IMG/VR virus record: IMGVR_UViG_3300037346_000668
Coordinates: 18,936-82,935 of that record
Reading direction: 5' to 3' (one strand)
Length of the DNA stretch: 64,000 bases
From: a virus
Positions 8,653 to 17,820 of the stretch are shown here, in pieces; the first letter of the stretch is position 1; each line of letters starts with the position of its first letter. A program made the translations under genes and the position numbers. A model generated the notes under the pieces. It saw only the letters and a program-made list of their open reading frames with translations, was not told where the DNA came from and did not search any database.

Positions 8653-10692
8653 CTATTCTTGATTATTTTTTTCTATATTCTGAAAAATTTCACATTCGGC
8701 TATAAGATCAGAATCTACAAAAGTAAGATCTTGATTCTCTTTAATACCTGTTCCTCTCTGTGAATCTATCAATGAATTATAAACATTTGCAACCGCTTGT
8801 GGCACAAGTTTTTTAAATCCAGTATAGTCTTCAGAATCTATTTTTTTCCTAATGTCACTTCCACTGGAAGATCTCTTAGTTTGAATTATTTTTATATCAT
8901 CAGGAAAATCCCCTCCTGCTTTCTTAAGGTATTCAACTTGCTTATTATAATCCTCTATCCTATCATCACCAGCACCTATTACTTTAGGAAGAAATCCATA
9001 TTCCTTAGCCTTTCCGTAAATAGGACCAAGTAATCCCCGATTAACTATAAAATAACCAGATATTTTACCAGGATTATCTCTAACTATTCCTTCCATATAT
9101 CTCGATATTAATTTTTCATCATATGGTGATTTGCCAGATTTGTTATGTCCATGATGGACAACAGCTATTATGCTAGGAAGATCGTTTTCCTTATATAATT
9201 GATCAACCATCTTAAGGTGGCCATTATGGAAAGGCTGGAATCTACCAACTAATAAATTAACAGGCTCCAATTTTTTTACGTCATCGGAAGAGTCCTCTTT
9301 TATTTCCTTTGTCTTATCTTTCTTTGTGGTATCTATAGTTTCTAATGTTGATATAAACTCATTATAGGAATAGAACGGATCGTCAACATCATCAGAGGTG
9401 TCATCCAAATTTTCGGATTCAACTGTAACATAATCTATTTTCTTCGAGGATATATTACTTTTCTTAAAATCCATGAAAGATGGGATAGATTCGGATTCTT
9501 GTATAGCTGGCTTAATCTCCTTGGCAACAACACCCTCTATATCACTTACCACTATATTAAATTGATCTATTATACCAGCAGTTATTATTCCGCTAGCTCT
9601 TTTTCTTATTTTTCTAAATGAGTTAAGCATAAGCTTAAAAAGTGATTCATAAGAATCATCGGTATCCAAATACTTAAGTACTCTTTTATCCTTTATCATG
9701 TTCAAATTCAATCTGAACTCATCCTTTTTTAAATAATCAGGTTCCTGAAAATCAGCACCTCTATATTTATATGCGTATTCTCCAAGGAATTTAACAAAAA
9801 CGTCGGACATGAAGGAGATATATCTTTCATCGTCGCTATCACCGGCAACGTTAAATGACTCAACACCTTCCTCGAGAATATAATTCATTATATCCATTAT
9901 AGTTAGACCCAGAAAATCGCTAGGCTTTTCCTCAGATCTTTTACTATATTTCTCCTTGGCCATCTCAGTAAAAACTGGATCAACCATTTTGGATAATATT
10001 GGTTCCTTACCATTATCTTCCTCACCAAATCTAAAAACTATTCCTTCTATCGGCTTATCAAGGTCATTGTTAAGTGCACTTGTTTTTGAGGAAGGATTAA
10101 GAACACCTATTATGTACCTAACAAAGCTCTTTGTCTTATACTCAGCAACCAGCTGATCGAATGGTGTTCTTAGAAAATCCAATATTTGATTCTTCTGATC
10201 ATCAGTTAGCATGCCCTGAAATACTATAGGTGGTCTTTCGACACCCAGAAGATCCGCCCAATTATTTAATTGTTCCTGATCCTGTATTGTTGATGAGGGG
10301 CTTCCGTTTTCGTTCTTTGTATGGATATATGATAATATTAGATTATTCTTAGGTAATCTATCATAAGCAATCTCAACCGGTTGGTTGTTTGAAAAATACT
10401 CAAGACCAAATCTCCAACCCCTAGGTATATCATTAAGAATATGTGGTGGGAGTGACTCTATATAGTTTATCGGCTTTTCGTAATATTTCATAAGAGTACG
10501 ATCAACAAGAGTTATTGGGTATCTTTGATCTCTTTTATAAAAATTAAATCTACCAGTTTCAGGGTCTCTTTCAAAAACAAAAGCAGAGCCATCCATTTTT
10601 TCATTAATGGTCACATAAGAGTTAAAGAGATTATCAATAAAATCTTTACCTTTTTTGTTATAAATATCATATAAATGACTAATTCCTGCCAT
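8653..10692 (-). CDS. Fusion: Rnl2-like ATP-dependent ligase/adenylyltransferase domain plus HIGH-family nucleotidyltransferase (cytidylyltransferase/NMNAT-like)
   Basis: Ligase motifs I EKMDG (K32), IV EGIVFR, V KMVDPVF; C-terminal GRFQPFHNGH, GAGDDR and SSSGSDIRK. Confidence 0.8.
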   Translation of the reverse strand: MAGISHLYDIYNKKGKDFIDNLFNSYVTINEKMDGSAFVFERDPETGRFNFYKRDQRYPITLVDRTLMKYYEKPINYIESLPPHILNDIPRGWRFGLEYFSNNQPVEIAYDRLPKNNLILSYIHTKNENGSPSSTIQDQEQLNNWADLLGVERPPIVFQGMLTDDQKNQILDFLRTPFDQLVAEYKTKSFVRYIIGVLNPSSKTSALNNDLDKPIEGIVFRFGEEDNGKEPILSKMVDPVFTEMAKEKYSKRSEEKPSDFLGLTIMDIMNYILEEGVESFNVAGDSDDERYISFMSDVFVKFLGEYAYKYRGADFQEPDYLKKDEFRLNLNMIKDKRVLKYLDTDDSYESLFKLMLNSFRKIRKRASGIITAGIIDQFNIVVSDIEGVVAKEIKPAIQESESIPSFMDFKKSNISSKKIDYVTVESENLDDTSDDVDDPFYSYNEFISTLETIDTTKKDKTKEIKEDSSDDVKKLEPVNLLVGRFQPFHNGHLKMVDQLYKENDLPSIIAVVHHGHNKSGKSPYDEKLISRYMEGIVRDNPGKISGYFIVNRGLLGPIYGKAKEYGFLPKVIGAGDDRIEDYNKQVEYLKKAGGDFPDDIKIIQTKRSSSGSDIRKKIDSEDYTGFKKLVPQAVANVYNSLIDSQRGTGIKENQDLTFVDSDLIAECEIFQNIEKNNQE

Positions 10693-10715
10693 AAGTAGCT
10701 TTTTTTTAATGTTTA

Positions 10716-11648
10716 TTATTGTATTCTATTAATCTCAGTAGGTATTTCTAGTCCAACCCTTTGCAAAAATTCCAAAAATCTTTCCTTTATTTCTGGTAAC
10801 TTATCACTTAATTCGAAATCTGACGACATTATTACAGAAAACAGTTGTTCAAAGGTTTTAACATCGTCTATATTATAACCAGGGCCTAGTGCAAAATTAA
10901 TAAATTCCTGAGGATTATTAGTAACAAATCTCTCACTTCCTTCTATTTTTTTAGGATTTTTCAATCTATCTTTGATTTTTCCCCTGTATGATTTTGTATG
11001 CCAATATAAACCATCACTTAAAATAAGGACTGGTGTATTATAATCTAATACCTCGCCTGTATCACCAAGCTCAATTATTTCCTTTCTTGAAGATAATATG
11101 GCTGCTAATAGCCAATTTCTATGAGCTGATTTATATTTGCTTTCCCTTATTTTGTAATTTGGTGAATAGTATATAAAATCTGCCCATTTCATATCTGATA
11201 GAGGTATAAGATCAAGCTGAACTATACCTTTATCTATATTACCATCTATTGGCCACCCAATACTAACTATATTAAGTCCCTTCAAATAATTTATTTCAGG
11301 TCGGAACCCTATAATATCACCAAGATCATTTTTTATCTTATCGTATATAAATCCAGAGCATTCCTTCATTGTTATGCCATTAGTGTCAGAATACCATTTA
11401 GCATCATAGCCAATATCAAGATCACCAGAGGTATCATCAGGATTTTCTTTTTTTCCTATACTTCCTATTATCACATATTGATCATTGATTCTCGATTGAT
11501 CTATACCAAGAATCGGAAAAAGCTTTTCTTTTATCGATAATAGGGTTCCTGGAAATTCATCCTCACGTATTCGTCTAGATGTTTTTATTGCGGATCCTCC
11601 CTCAAACAAGGCTTTAAAATTAGAAAAATTAAGGATACCATTACCCAT
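10716..11648 (-). CDS. Pol-beta superfamily nucleotidyltransferase with CTS-like N-terminus
   Basis: IGSIGKK....SGDLDIG (GS...DxD) and third Asp in VQLDLI; N-terminus ILNFSNFKALFE|GG. Confidence 0.72.
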   Translation of the reverse strand: MGNGILNFSNFKALFEGGSAIKTSRRIREDEFPGTLLSIKEKLFPILGIDQSRINDQYVIIGSIGKKENPDDTSGDLDIGYDAKWYSDTNGITMKECSGFIYDKIKNDLGDIIGFRPEINYLKGLNIVSIGWPIDGNIDKGIVQLDLIPLSDMKWADFIYYSPNYKIRESKYKSAHRNWLLAAILSSRKEIIELGDTGEVLDYNTPVLILSDGLYWHTKSYRGKIKDRLKNPKKIEGSERFVTNNPQEFINFALGPGYNIDDVKTFEQLFSVIMSSDFELSDKLPEIKERFLEFLQRVGLEIPTEINRIQ

Positions 11649-12199
11649 TATGCTCTCTTTTTTGTTTTTTTATAGTAGGTACCCATTATATCTTTAAGAT
11701 AATCCCTATAAATTTCTTGCTCCTTATCCTTAGGGTTCTGTGGGGTAAAATCATCACCGAAGTATTTTTTACCTCTAAGGACACCCGATTTATAAAATTC
11801 CTCAGCATCACCATCAGTAACTCTTCTATTTTCTATATGCTCACCCTCCCACTTTTTGATTATCTCATCTTTTCTTCTCTTTATCTCTTCCTTATCAAGA
11901 TCCTTCCACGATTTAGTTTCTTCGCCTGGCGAAAGAAAATCTATAAAAGCAGCAGCTCCCTTAGTAAGTCCCTTAACTGCTAAACCTATAACGCTAGAAG
12001 CACTCTTTATGGTTGACATATTAGGGTCAGCGTCTGTATAATAACTACTATATCCGCCGTCTCCAATACCTATATTATTTCCTATTCTTCTAAGCCATCT
12101 CGAGAATGAAGTTTTACCCTCCGCTTCGAGATAGTCAGAATTGCGATAGGATTCCTGAATTTTATAATTATTAAATTCATCAAAAGATTTTATTGTCAT
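11648..12199 (-). CDS. Hypothetical protein with CTS-like N-terminus
   Basis: MTIKSFDEFNNYKIQE|S; first gene after GATATATA at 12218. Confidence 0.65.
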   Translation of the reverse strand: MTIKSFDEFNNYKIQESYRNSDYLEAEGKTSFSRWLRRIGNNIGIGDGGYSSYYTDADPNMSTIKSASSVIGLAVKGLTKGAAAFIDFLSPGEETKSWKDLDKEEIKRRKDEIIKKWEGEHIENRRVTDGDAEEFYKSGVLRGKKYFGDDFTPQNPKDKEQEIYRDYLKDIMGTYYKKTKKRA

Positions 12200-12217
12200 T
12201 AGTCGAAAATGTTTTTC

Positions 12218-12225
12218 TATATATC
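12218..12225 (-). promoter_or_regulatory. GATATATA putative late promoter
   Basis: 18 nt upstream of ATG 12199. Confidence 0.65.
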
Positions 12226-12236
12226 CTTAATATAAA

Positions 12237-13778
12237 TTAAAGTTTAACGCTATATATTTTATATTCGAATCCTTCCTTCTTATAAATCTCTATCCTCTCG
12301 ATGCTATGTTTTGCCAAATAGCTTTTATATTTTTTGGTACTGAAGTCATCAACAAAATCTATAACATTAACCTTCTCCTTACCTTCCATCTTACGCATAC
12401 CCCTACCCAAACTTTGTTTTATTAAAATCTCACTCTTGTAGGATTCAACAAGAAATATATTATGCAAATTGTTTATTGATATACCAGTTGAGAATGTTCC
12501 GTATGTCGCAATTAGAACCTTATTAGAGCCAATCGACATTCTTCTCTTATATTCCTCTCTTAATGCCTCACTAGTGTCACCATCAACATAAAACACCTCT
12601 CTATCGCCATTTAATTCTCTCAAAAGGTTCCATATCTGTTTACCATATTCCTCTTTAACAGACTGGAATAAGACAAGTGAATTTTTTGAGGTTTTGTTTA
12701 TAAAATCAGTAACATAGTTTAATCTTTTTTTGCTTTCTATAACTAGCTTTCTCTCAAGATTGTATATCTCGTTACCTTCCACGTTATTATCACTTAATTT
12801 AAGATCAGCTAGTTTTTCCTTATATATAGGATCAAGCCAATCCATAGTAACGACCTTTATAGAAACAGGTGTAGCATATCCATTATCGAAAAGAAAACTA
12901 GGGGGTATCTCCATAACAAGGGGGCCAAGAAATTGCTGTATAGTTAAATAATCTGCAGTTCCTCTTTTAGTTAATGTTCCTGTTAATCCAAATCTCCATT
13001 TAGAGTGCATACATTGGGCAACTATCTTTTTTATCGATGTGCTATTAGTGTGATGTGCTTCATCTATAAATACACAATCCACTTCCTCGAAAAAATCAGA
13101 TTCTCTTTTAACCAAAGATTGGTATGTGCCTATTATTATATCACACCCATCCTTTATTTTACTTCCCCCTCCAATTTGCTGTATCTTAACACCATCAAGT
13201 TTATCAAGTCCATACTCCTCAAAATCATCATTACCCTGAAATACAAGATTGGAATTAGGAACGATCATAAGTATCTTTCTTACCATCCCCCTTGATTTTA
13301 AATAAGCAAATATCATAAACGATATGAGGGTTTTGCCTGATGAAGTTGCAACCTCAGAAACAGAATATCTATATCTTAGTATCTTCCATGCTGTTTCTAT
13401 CTGATAATCCCTAGGCATCTTGTCAGGATTTCCTCCTATACCTCCTTCGAAAAATTCATTAACCCACACAGTAAACTCGTCTAATTTAACATCATCAGTT
13501 ATGACTTCATTTAGGCCTTCTATATTAATATCAATTTTATACTTTTCACCTATATCTAGTAGCTCTCGCCAGAGACCTATTGGTACCTTCCAAAATCCAC
13601 CTCTCTTCTCTATAAAACATATAGATCCATCCCAGATTTTTTTCTTCACGAGAGGATGGAAAAAATGATTATGTATCTTCTGTGTCAAAGAAATTTCAAC
13701 TTGTTTTTTCTCCACCTCGTCGGCTGCTTCTAATAAAAGCATCCACTGTTGGTCGTCAGTTACTCTAAATTTTAACAT
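12237..13778 (-). CDS. uvsW: UvsW-like SF2 DNA helicase
   Basis: PRDYQ, ATSSGKT (Walker A variant), DEAH, FGLTGT, YGTFSTGISI, QSLGRGMR. Confidence 0.92.
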   Translation of the reverse strand: MLKFRVTDDQQWMLLLEAADEVEKKQVEISLTQKIHNHFFHPLVKKKIWDGSICFIEKRGGFWKVPIGLWRELLDIGEKYKIDINIEGLNEVITDDVKLDEFTVWVNEFFEGGIGGNPDKMPRDYQIETAWKILRYRYSVSEVATSSGKTLISFMIFAYLKSRGMVRKILMIVPNSNLVFQGNDDFEEYGLDKLDGVKIQQIGGGSKIKDGCDIIIGTYQSLVKRESDFFEEVDCVFIDEAHHTNSTSIKKIVAQCMHSKWRFGLTGTLTKRGTADYLTIQQFLGPLVMEIPPSFLFDNGYATPVSIKVVTMDWLDPIYKEKLADLKLSDNNVEGNEIYNLERKLVIESKKRLNYVTDFINKTSKNSLVLFQSVKEEYGKQIWNLLRELNGDREVFYVDGDTSEALREEYKRRMSIGSNKVLIATYGTFSTGISINNLHNIFLVESYKSEILIKQSLGRGMRKMEGKEKVNVIDFVDDFSTKKYKSYLAKHSIERIEIYKKEGFEYKIYSVKL

Positions 13779-13787
13779 TATATAATT

Positions 13788-14231
13788 TTATTTTACAGTA
13801 GAACCCCTTAAGTAGTCCTCCAGTGATATTCTTTGTCTGACACCATATAACATATGATCAACAGTTTGTATTGTTTGGTCTATAAATTTTCTATGATTCT
13901 CAACAAGCTCAGTTTTTTCAGATATCTCGATTAGATCCCCTTCTATTAGAATCATTTTTTCCGTTGCCCCGTATCTGACATTCATTTGCTCTGAATACTC
14001 CCTCATTTTCCTAGCTTTATCTGACTTATATTTAGAATTAAGCTTAGACACTATACCAGCTAATTTATAGCTATATTCCAAAAGTACCTGTCTATAACTA
14101 AACATATCTACCTGTGCTTTAGCTAATGTTTTTATATCCTTCATATTAAGAGAAAGAACTTGTATCTTTTCTTTCCATTCTTCCCTCTCGGTTTCGAAAA
14201 CTTTTACGAAATCGGTTTTTTGTTCAGCCAT
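13788..14231 (-). CDS. uvsY: UvsY-like recombination mediator
   Basis: 147 aa, helical, adjacent to uvsW; EKMILIEGD and C-terminal ISLEDYLRG pattern. Confidence 0.6.
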   Translation of the reverse strand: MAEQKTDFVKVFETEREEWKEKIQVLSLNMKDIKTLAKAQVDMFSYRQVLLEYSYKLAGIVSKLNSKYKSDKARKMREYSEQMNVRYGATEKMILIEGDLIEISEKTELVENHRKFIDQTIQTVDHMLYGVRQRISLEDYLRGSTVK

Positions 14232-14232
14232 A

Positions 14233-14478
14233 TTAAAATAATTTTGGTTTGTTTTTTGTACCTCTTTTTTTAGGAAGATCTAATACTTTAATTTCATTTT
14301 TATTCTTGGGACTCTGCTTAACCTTTGGCTCATTTATCTTTGGATCCGAAAAATCCAAATTTACATGTAGATCATCGTCGCCAGAAACCACAATAGGGAA
14401 TTTTATTTTGGACTCTTGATTTCTACTTATCTCGCTTTCCCAGTCCTCTATTAGATTTTGTTGATCAATCTTAGTCAT
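14233..14478 (-). CDS. Hypothetical protein (start revised to MTKIDQ at 14478)
   Basis: ATG overlaps the primase stop, suggesting translational coupling. Confidence 0.55.
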   Translation of the reverse strand: MTKIDQQNLIEDWESEISRNQESKIKFPIVVSGDDDLHVNLDFSDPKINEPKVKQSPKNKNEIKVLDLPKKRGTKNKPKLF

Positions 14479-15535
14479 TAATAAAATATCTGAGGTCAAG
14501 TACATCATTTGTAAAATAATTATCAAGTCTTTTAACTTTCTTTCCTGTTGCTCTTAGATGTATAACGAGATCATTCAAATCCCATTTCCTATTCTTTGTT
14601 ATTCCGTTATCCTCCAGAAATTTACCCCAATTAAAAACAGTTTCGCCCTTACTTAATAAATCCATACTCTTTCCAATTCCTGCTTTATCCCAGTCATAAA
14701 AATATTTCTTATTCTCCACATCAAATGGAAATCTATTTTCTAGTGAACAGAGACCAACGGAATTTGGCCAAAAAAATGAATCCATGGGCCCTTCAAAAAC
14801 GGTTATATCATTAGAGAAATCAAGATTACCAATTCCAAAAACATTTGATATCGGATCCACATCCCTAGCTCTATCAAGGAATTCTTGATCCTTAACGTTA
14901 AGCAGCTTCTCGTATATTCCACTAAGTTTATACGTTAGGTATTTTGAACTACCCTTTATTGATTGCATATTTCTAACCTGCAATCCAATTATTTTCTCAT
15001 CCGGAGTTAGATTAAATAAGAAAAGCCTCTCCTTTTTTGGATCCCATGCAAACTTTATATCAGGTTTTTGATGTCTCCTTGTTACATATCTATGTATGGA
15101 AGAACCAAACACCTCCTGCAATCTGAGCTTCTGCATAAAATCAGATCTTAATATAAGCAGATCACTTATATCATTATCAAAAAAATAGCTTATATCTATT
15201 TTACCTATTGCAGATCTTCTCTTTGTTTTATTTGTATCTATTATTGATCTTAATTCCTCCCTTTCGTCTCCATTGAACTTTCCATAAACTGAAAAATCTC
15301 TGAAAAATGAAATTGAATCCTTATAGATACCACATCCACCATTGTAACATTTGTATGCTAGAGTATCCATATAGAAGTTACCCCTTTTTTTTCTAGCGTC
15401 ATTCGAATCTCCACAATAAGGACACGAGAAATTCAAACGATTACCCGCTTTATAAACTATTTGTTTATTAGGGTCTCTAGCAAATTCCTTTGCTAATACC
15501 TCTCTTACTGTTCTTTCGATTTTTTCTAGCTGCAT
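14471..15535 (-). CDS. gp61: T4 gp61-like DNA primase
   Basis: Zn ribbon CPYCGDS...YKCYNGGC; TOPRIM VFEGPMDS and YDWDKAG; WDLND. Confidence 0.9.
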   Translation of the reverse strand: MQLEKIERTVREVLAKEFARDPNKQIVYKAGNRLNFSCPYCGDSNDARKKRGNFYMDTLAYKCYNGGCGIYKDSISFFRDFSVYGKFNGDEREELRSIIDTNKTKRRSAIGKIDISYFFDNDISDLLILRSDFMQKLRLQEVFGSSIHRYVTRRHQKPDIKFAWDPKKERLFLFNLTPDEKIIGLQVRNMQSIKGSSKYLTYKLSGIYEKLLNVKDQEFLDRARDVDPISNVFGIGNLDFSNDITVFEGPMDSFFWPNSVGLCSLENRFPFDVENKKYFYDWDKAGIGKSMDLLSKGETVFNWGKFLEDNGITKNRKWDLNDLVIHLRATGKKVKRLDNYFTNDVLDLRYFIND

Positions 15536-15546
15536 CTTTATATAAT

Positions 15547-15582
15547 AAAAAAGGACAACCCTTCTAAGGAGATGTCCCTTTA
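15547..15582 (-). terminator. Rho-independent terminator after gp32
   Basis: Minus strand AAGGGACATCTCCTTAGAAGGGTTGTCC-TTTTTT. Confidence 0.7.
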
Positions 15583-15592
15583 TTTTTAATTA

Positions 15593-16582
15593 TTATAGGT
15601 CGCTATAAAGATCCTCTAATGAATTTGTTGCACTAGGTGTGCTTGGGGAAGAAGCTGTAGCTGTATTCTCGTATCCACTTACCTTAGTATTACTAACCTC
15701 ATTATAAAGATTATTAGATGGATTGCTTGTTTGCGAAGCTTGTTGGCTCGGAGCAGGTCTAGAAGCCTGTGGTGCTGGTCTAGACGGAGCTGATGCTGAG
15801 CTACCAATGATTTCATTAAGAACTCTTTGCTCCGGTACGCTGTTTCTGATTACATTCATGATCTTATCAGTAAGATCATCGTCCCAATCTTTATAATCAA
15901 AGCTTGTTAGATTCTTAGGTACTGCGTTTAAATATGAAAGAATAACCTCCATATCTTTCTGATTCTTCTCCATCGATTTACCATCAACTTTGATCGAAGT
16001 TTTCTCTCCCACAAAAGAGCATAAATCATAGTTATTCCACTCGCCAACTTTTCTTACACTTACTGAAAATTCCCTACCCTCGAAAAGATCGAAAGGATTG
16101 CACGGAGCTCCGTATTCTGGTTGTAGTTGTGCCTCGATCATATCATTAAGCTTTTTACCAAACTTAAAGATCATAACCTTTCCTTCCAATTCCGGTTTAT
16201 TCTTATCCTGTACAATCTGAACAAGAGAATAGAAATCTTCCTTTCTTGCGAAGTTTTTAGATAACTCCTGGTCAGCAGCAGAATGTGAATTTTTAAGTTT
16301 CCAGAATAAATCCTTTAATATTGATTTTTTACCAACAGTCGAAGGACAATCTGCAGAAAACCCATCACCACTTACTGGATCTTTTAAATACACATAATAT
16401 TTATGTATTTTTGATTTTGCTGGATTCTCTGGATTTGGCAGGAATCTAATTAATGATTTATAAACTCCATCCTTACCATCTTCCGGGTATGGCTTATAAA
16501 AATCATCCTTGTCCCCACCTGTTGTTGGAACTTTTGTTACGAATGCCTCTGCATCCAAATTGAAAATGTCTAAATTACTCAT
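15593..16582 (-). CDS. gp32: T4 gp32-like single-stranded DNA-binding protein
   Basis: IRFLP, CPSTVG, EGKVMIFKFGKK, NPFDLFEG, NYD; low-complexity linker and acidic LEDLYSDL tail. Confidence 0.92.
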   Translation of the reverse strand: MSNLDIFNLDAEAFVTKVPTTGGDKDDFYKPYPEDGKDGVYKSLIRFLPNPENPAKSKIHKYYVYLKDPVSGDGFSADCPSTVGKKSILKDLFWKLKNSHSAADQELSKNFARKEDFYSLVQIVQDKNKPELEGKVMIFKFGKKLNDMIEAQLQPEYGAPCNPFDLFEGREFSVSVRKVGEWNNYDLCSFVGEKTSIKVDGKSMEKNQKDMEVILSYLNAVPKNLTSFDYKDWDDDLTDKIMNVIRNSVPEQRVLNEIIGSSASAPSRPAPQASRPAPSQQASQTSNPSNNLYNEVSNTKVSGYENTATASSPSTPSATNSLEDLYSDL

Positions 16583-16590
16583 CTTTCTTA

Positions 16591-16633
16591 AATTTTTTTA
16601 ATTTGTTTTTTAATTTGTTTTTTAATTCTTTAA
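16591..16633 (-). repeat. A/U-rich tandem repeats (AATTAAAAAACA units) in the gp32 leader; putative autogenous translational operator
   Basis: Minus strand GAATTAAAAAACAAATTAAAAAACAAATTAAAAAAATTT immediately before the gp32 ATG. Confidence 0.5.
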
Positions 16634-16661
16634 ATTTTACTTCCATTTTTACTTTTGTTTC
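16634..16661 (-). promoter_or_regulatory. GAAAC-N17-TAAAAT putative early/middle promoter of gp32
   Basis: Bipartite motif. Confidence 0.5.
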
Positions 16662-16828
16662 CTCTAATCTTATAATATTACATTTTTTTTATTTTTATTG
16701 ACCTATTTCTTTAATACCGTACACTAAAATAACACACGAATATATTTATTGTGTGTTATGTTGTATATGTTAAAATTGTGATTGTATGTTCTATGAATTG
16801 GGTAGACCCTGATAAGGTCACAAGAAAA

Positions 16829-17545
16829 TTACACCAATTTCTTTGTAGTCTTTTTACTTTTAGATTTCCCTTTAATAACTTCATTATTTCCTCTTAATTC
16901 CTCTTTTAAATACAAATTAATCCAAGTTGAATCAACAACATCGTCTATTGGCTTATTTATTGCCTTAGCTCCTGTTATCCATTCGTTTTTATTCTCTTCT
17001 AATATCTTACAGAATACATTTAAGTTTGTTTCATTCTCCCTTAAATTATATAATGCGTGGTATAATTCATCCTTCTTAAATGTCCCCTTACCAGCAAATT
17101 TTTTAATTGTTGTTGGCGAAAAGACATAAAAATTTTCACTACCTATTTTTTCTATTATTCTCTCTCTTAAAAGCGCCGTTGCCATAGATATATCAACAAG
17201 TGAATTACCATTTGAAGAAAAACTTAGACCCTCCATTGCTACGTAAAATGTATCATCCCCCATAACATCCAGGATAGAGCTCCAAAGTAATTCAACTATT
17301 TCTAGGAAATAACCCATTTTTTCCCTTTCCTTTGCAGAATATTCATCAGAAAATTCCTGCTTCCCTAATATTTTAATAATAAAATTATCATCAGAATCAA
17401 GTATAAAATATGGTTTTTTCTTATTTTTCAATAACGATTCAAATGTTCTATCAGATCTAGAAATTGATCCCCACACATATCTATTATTTTTCAAACAACA
17501 GAAAGAAGGGGAATTTAGTGAAAAATCGATTCCGACTAAATTCAT
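16829..17545 (-). CDS. RuvC-like (RNase H fold) nuclease, probable Holliday junction resolvase
   Basis: VGIDFSLNSP, AMEGLSF, SPTTIKKFAGKG..KKDEL, DDVVDS. Confidence 0.78.
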   Translation of the reverse strand: MNLVGIDFSLNSPSFCCLKNNRYVWGSISRSDRTFESLLKNKKKPYFILDSDDNFIIKILGKQEFSDEYSAKEREKMGYFLEIVELLWSSILDVMGDDTFYVAMEGLSFSSNGNSLVDISMATALLRERIIEKIGSENFYVFSPTTIKKFAGKGTFKKDELYHALYNLRENETNLNVFCKILEENKNEWITGAKAINKPIDDVVDSTWINLYLKEELRGNNEVIKGKSKSKKTTKKLV

Positions 17546-17555
17546 ATATTTAACT

Positions 17556-17792
17556 TTACTGGTTAATATCCTGTTTTTGTCCGGTCGAACCGGTTGTTCC
17601 GTAAACCTTAGCTAGTTTACTAAAGCATGACTTAACCTGCTCTTCACTAAGACAATCTATAATATCATCTAAAACTCTTCTATCGTTACCACAAGCAGCA
17701 ATTAATAGATTTTTCATATGATCTTTTTCACTATATAGTGGTTGTCCGTATTTTGCCTCGTTTACCTCTTTTAAATTTGAGAATGTTTTCAT
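17556..17792 (-). CDS. Small protein with CTS-like N-terminus
   Basis: MKTFSNLKEVNE|A; preceded by GATATATA. Confidence 0.6.
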   Translation of the reverse strand: MKTFSNLKEVNEAKYGQPLYSEKDHMKNLLIAACGNDRRVLDDIIDCLSEEQVKSCFSKLAKVYGTTGSTGQKQDINQ

Positions 17793-17812
17793 TTTTAATT
17801 TGTTTGTTTAAG

Positions 17813-17820
17813 TATATATC
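17813..17820 (-). promoter_or_regulatory. GATATATA putative late promoter
   Basis: Overlaps the upstream TAG stop; 20 nt before ATG 17792. Confidence 0.6.

Noticed and set aside
16791-16822. T2/T4 gene 32-like pseudoknot (TGACC...GGTC...TCATAG resemblance)
   Set aside because: The second stem would contain a C-C mismatch and only about 4 contiguous pairs, and it lies over 200 nt from the ATG, upstream of the proposed promoter.
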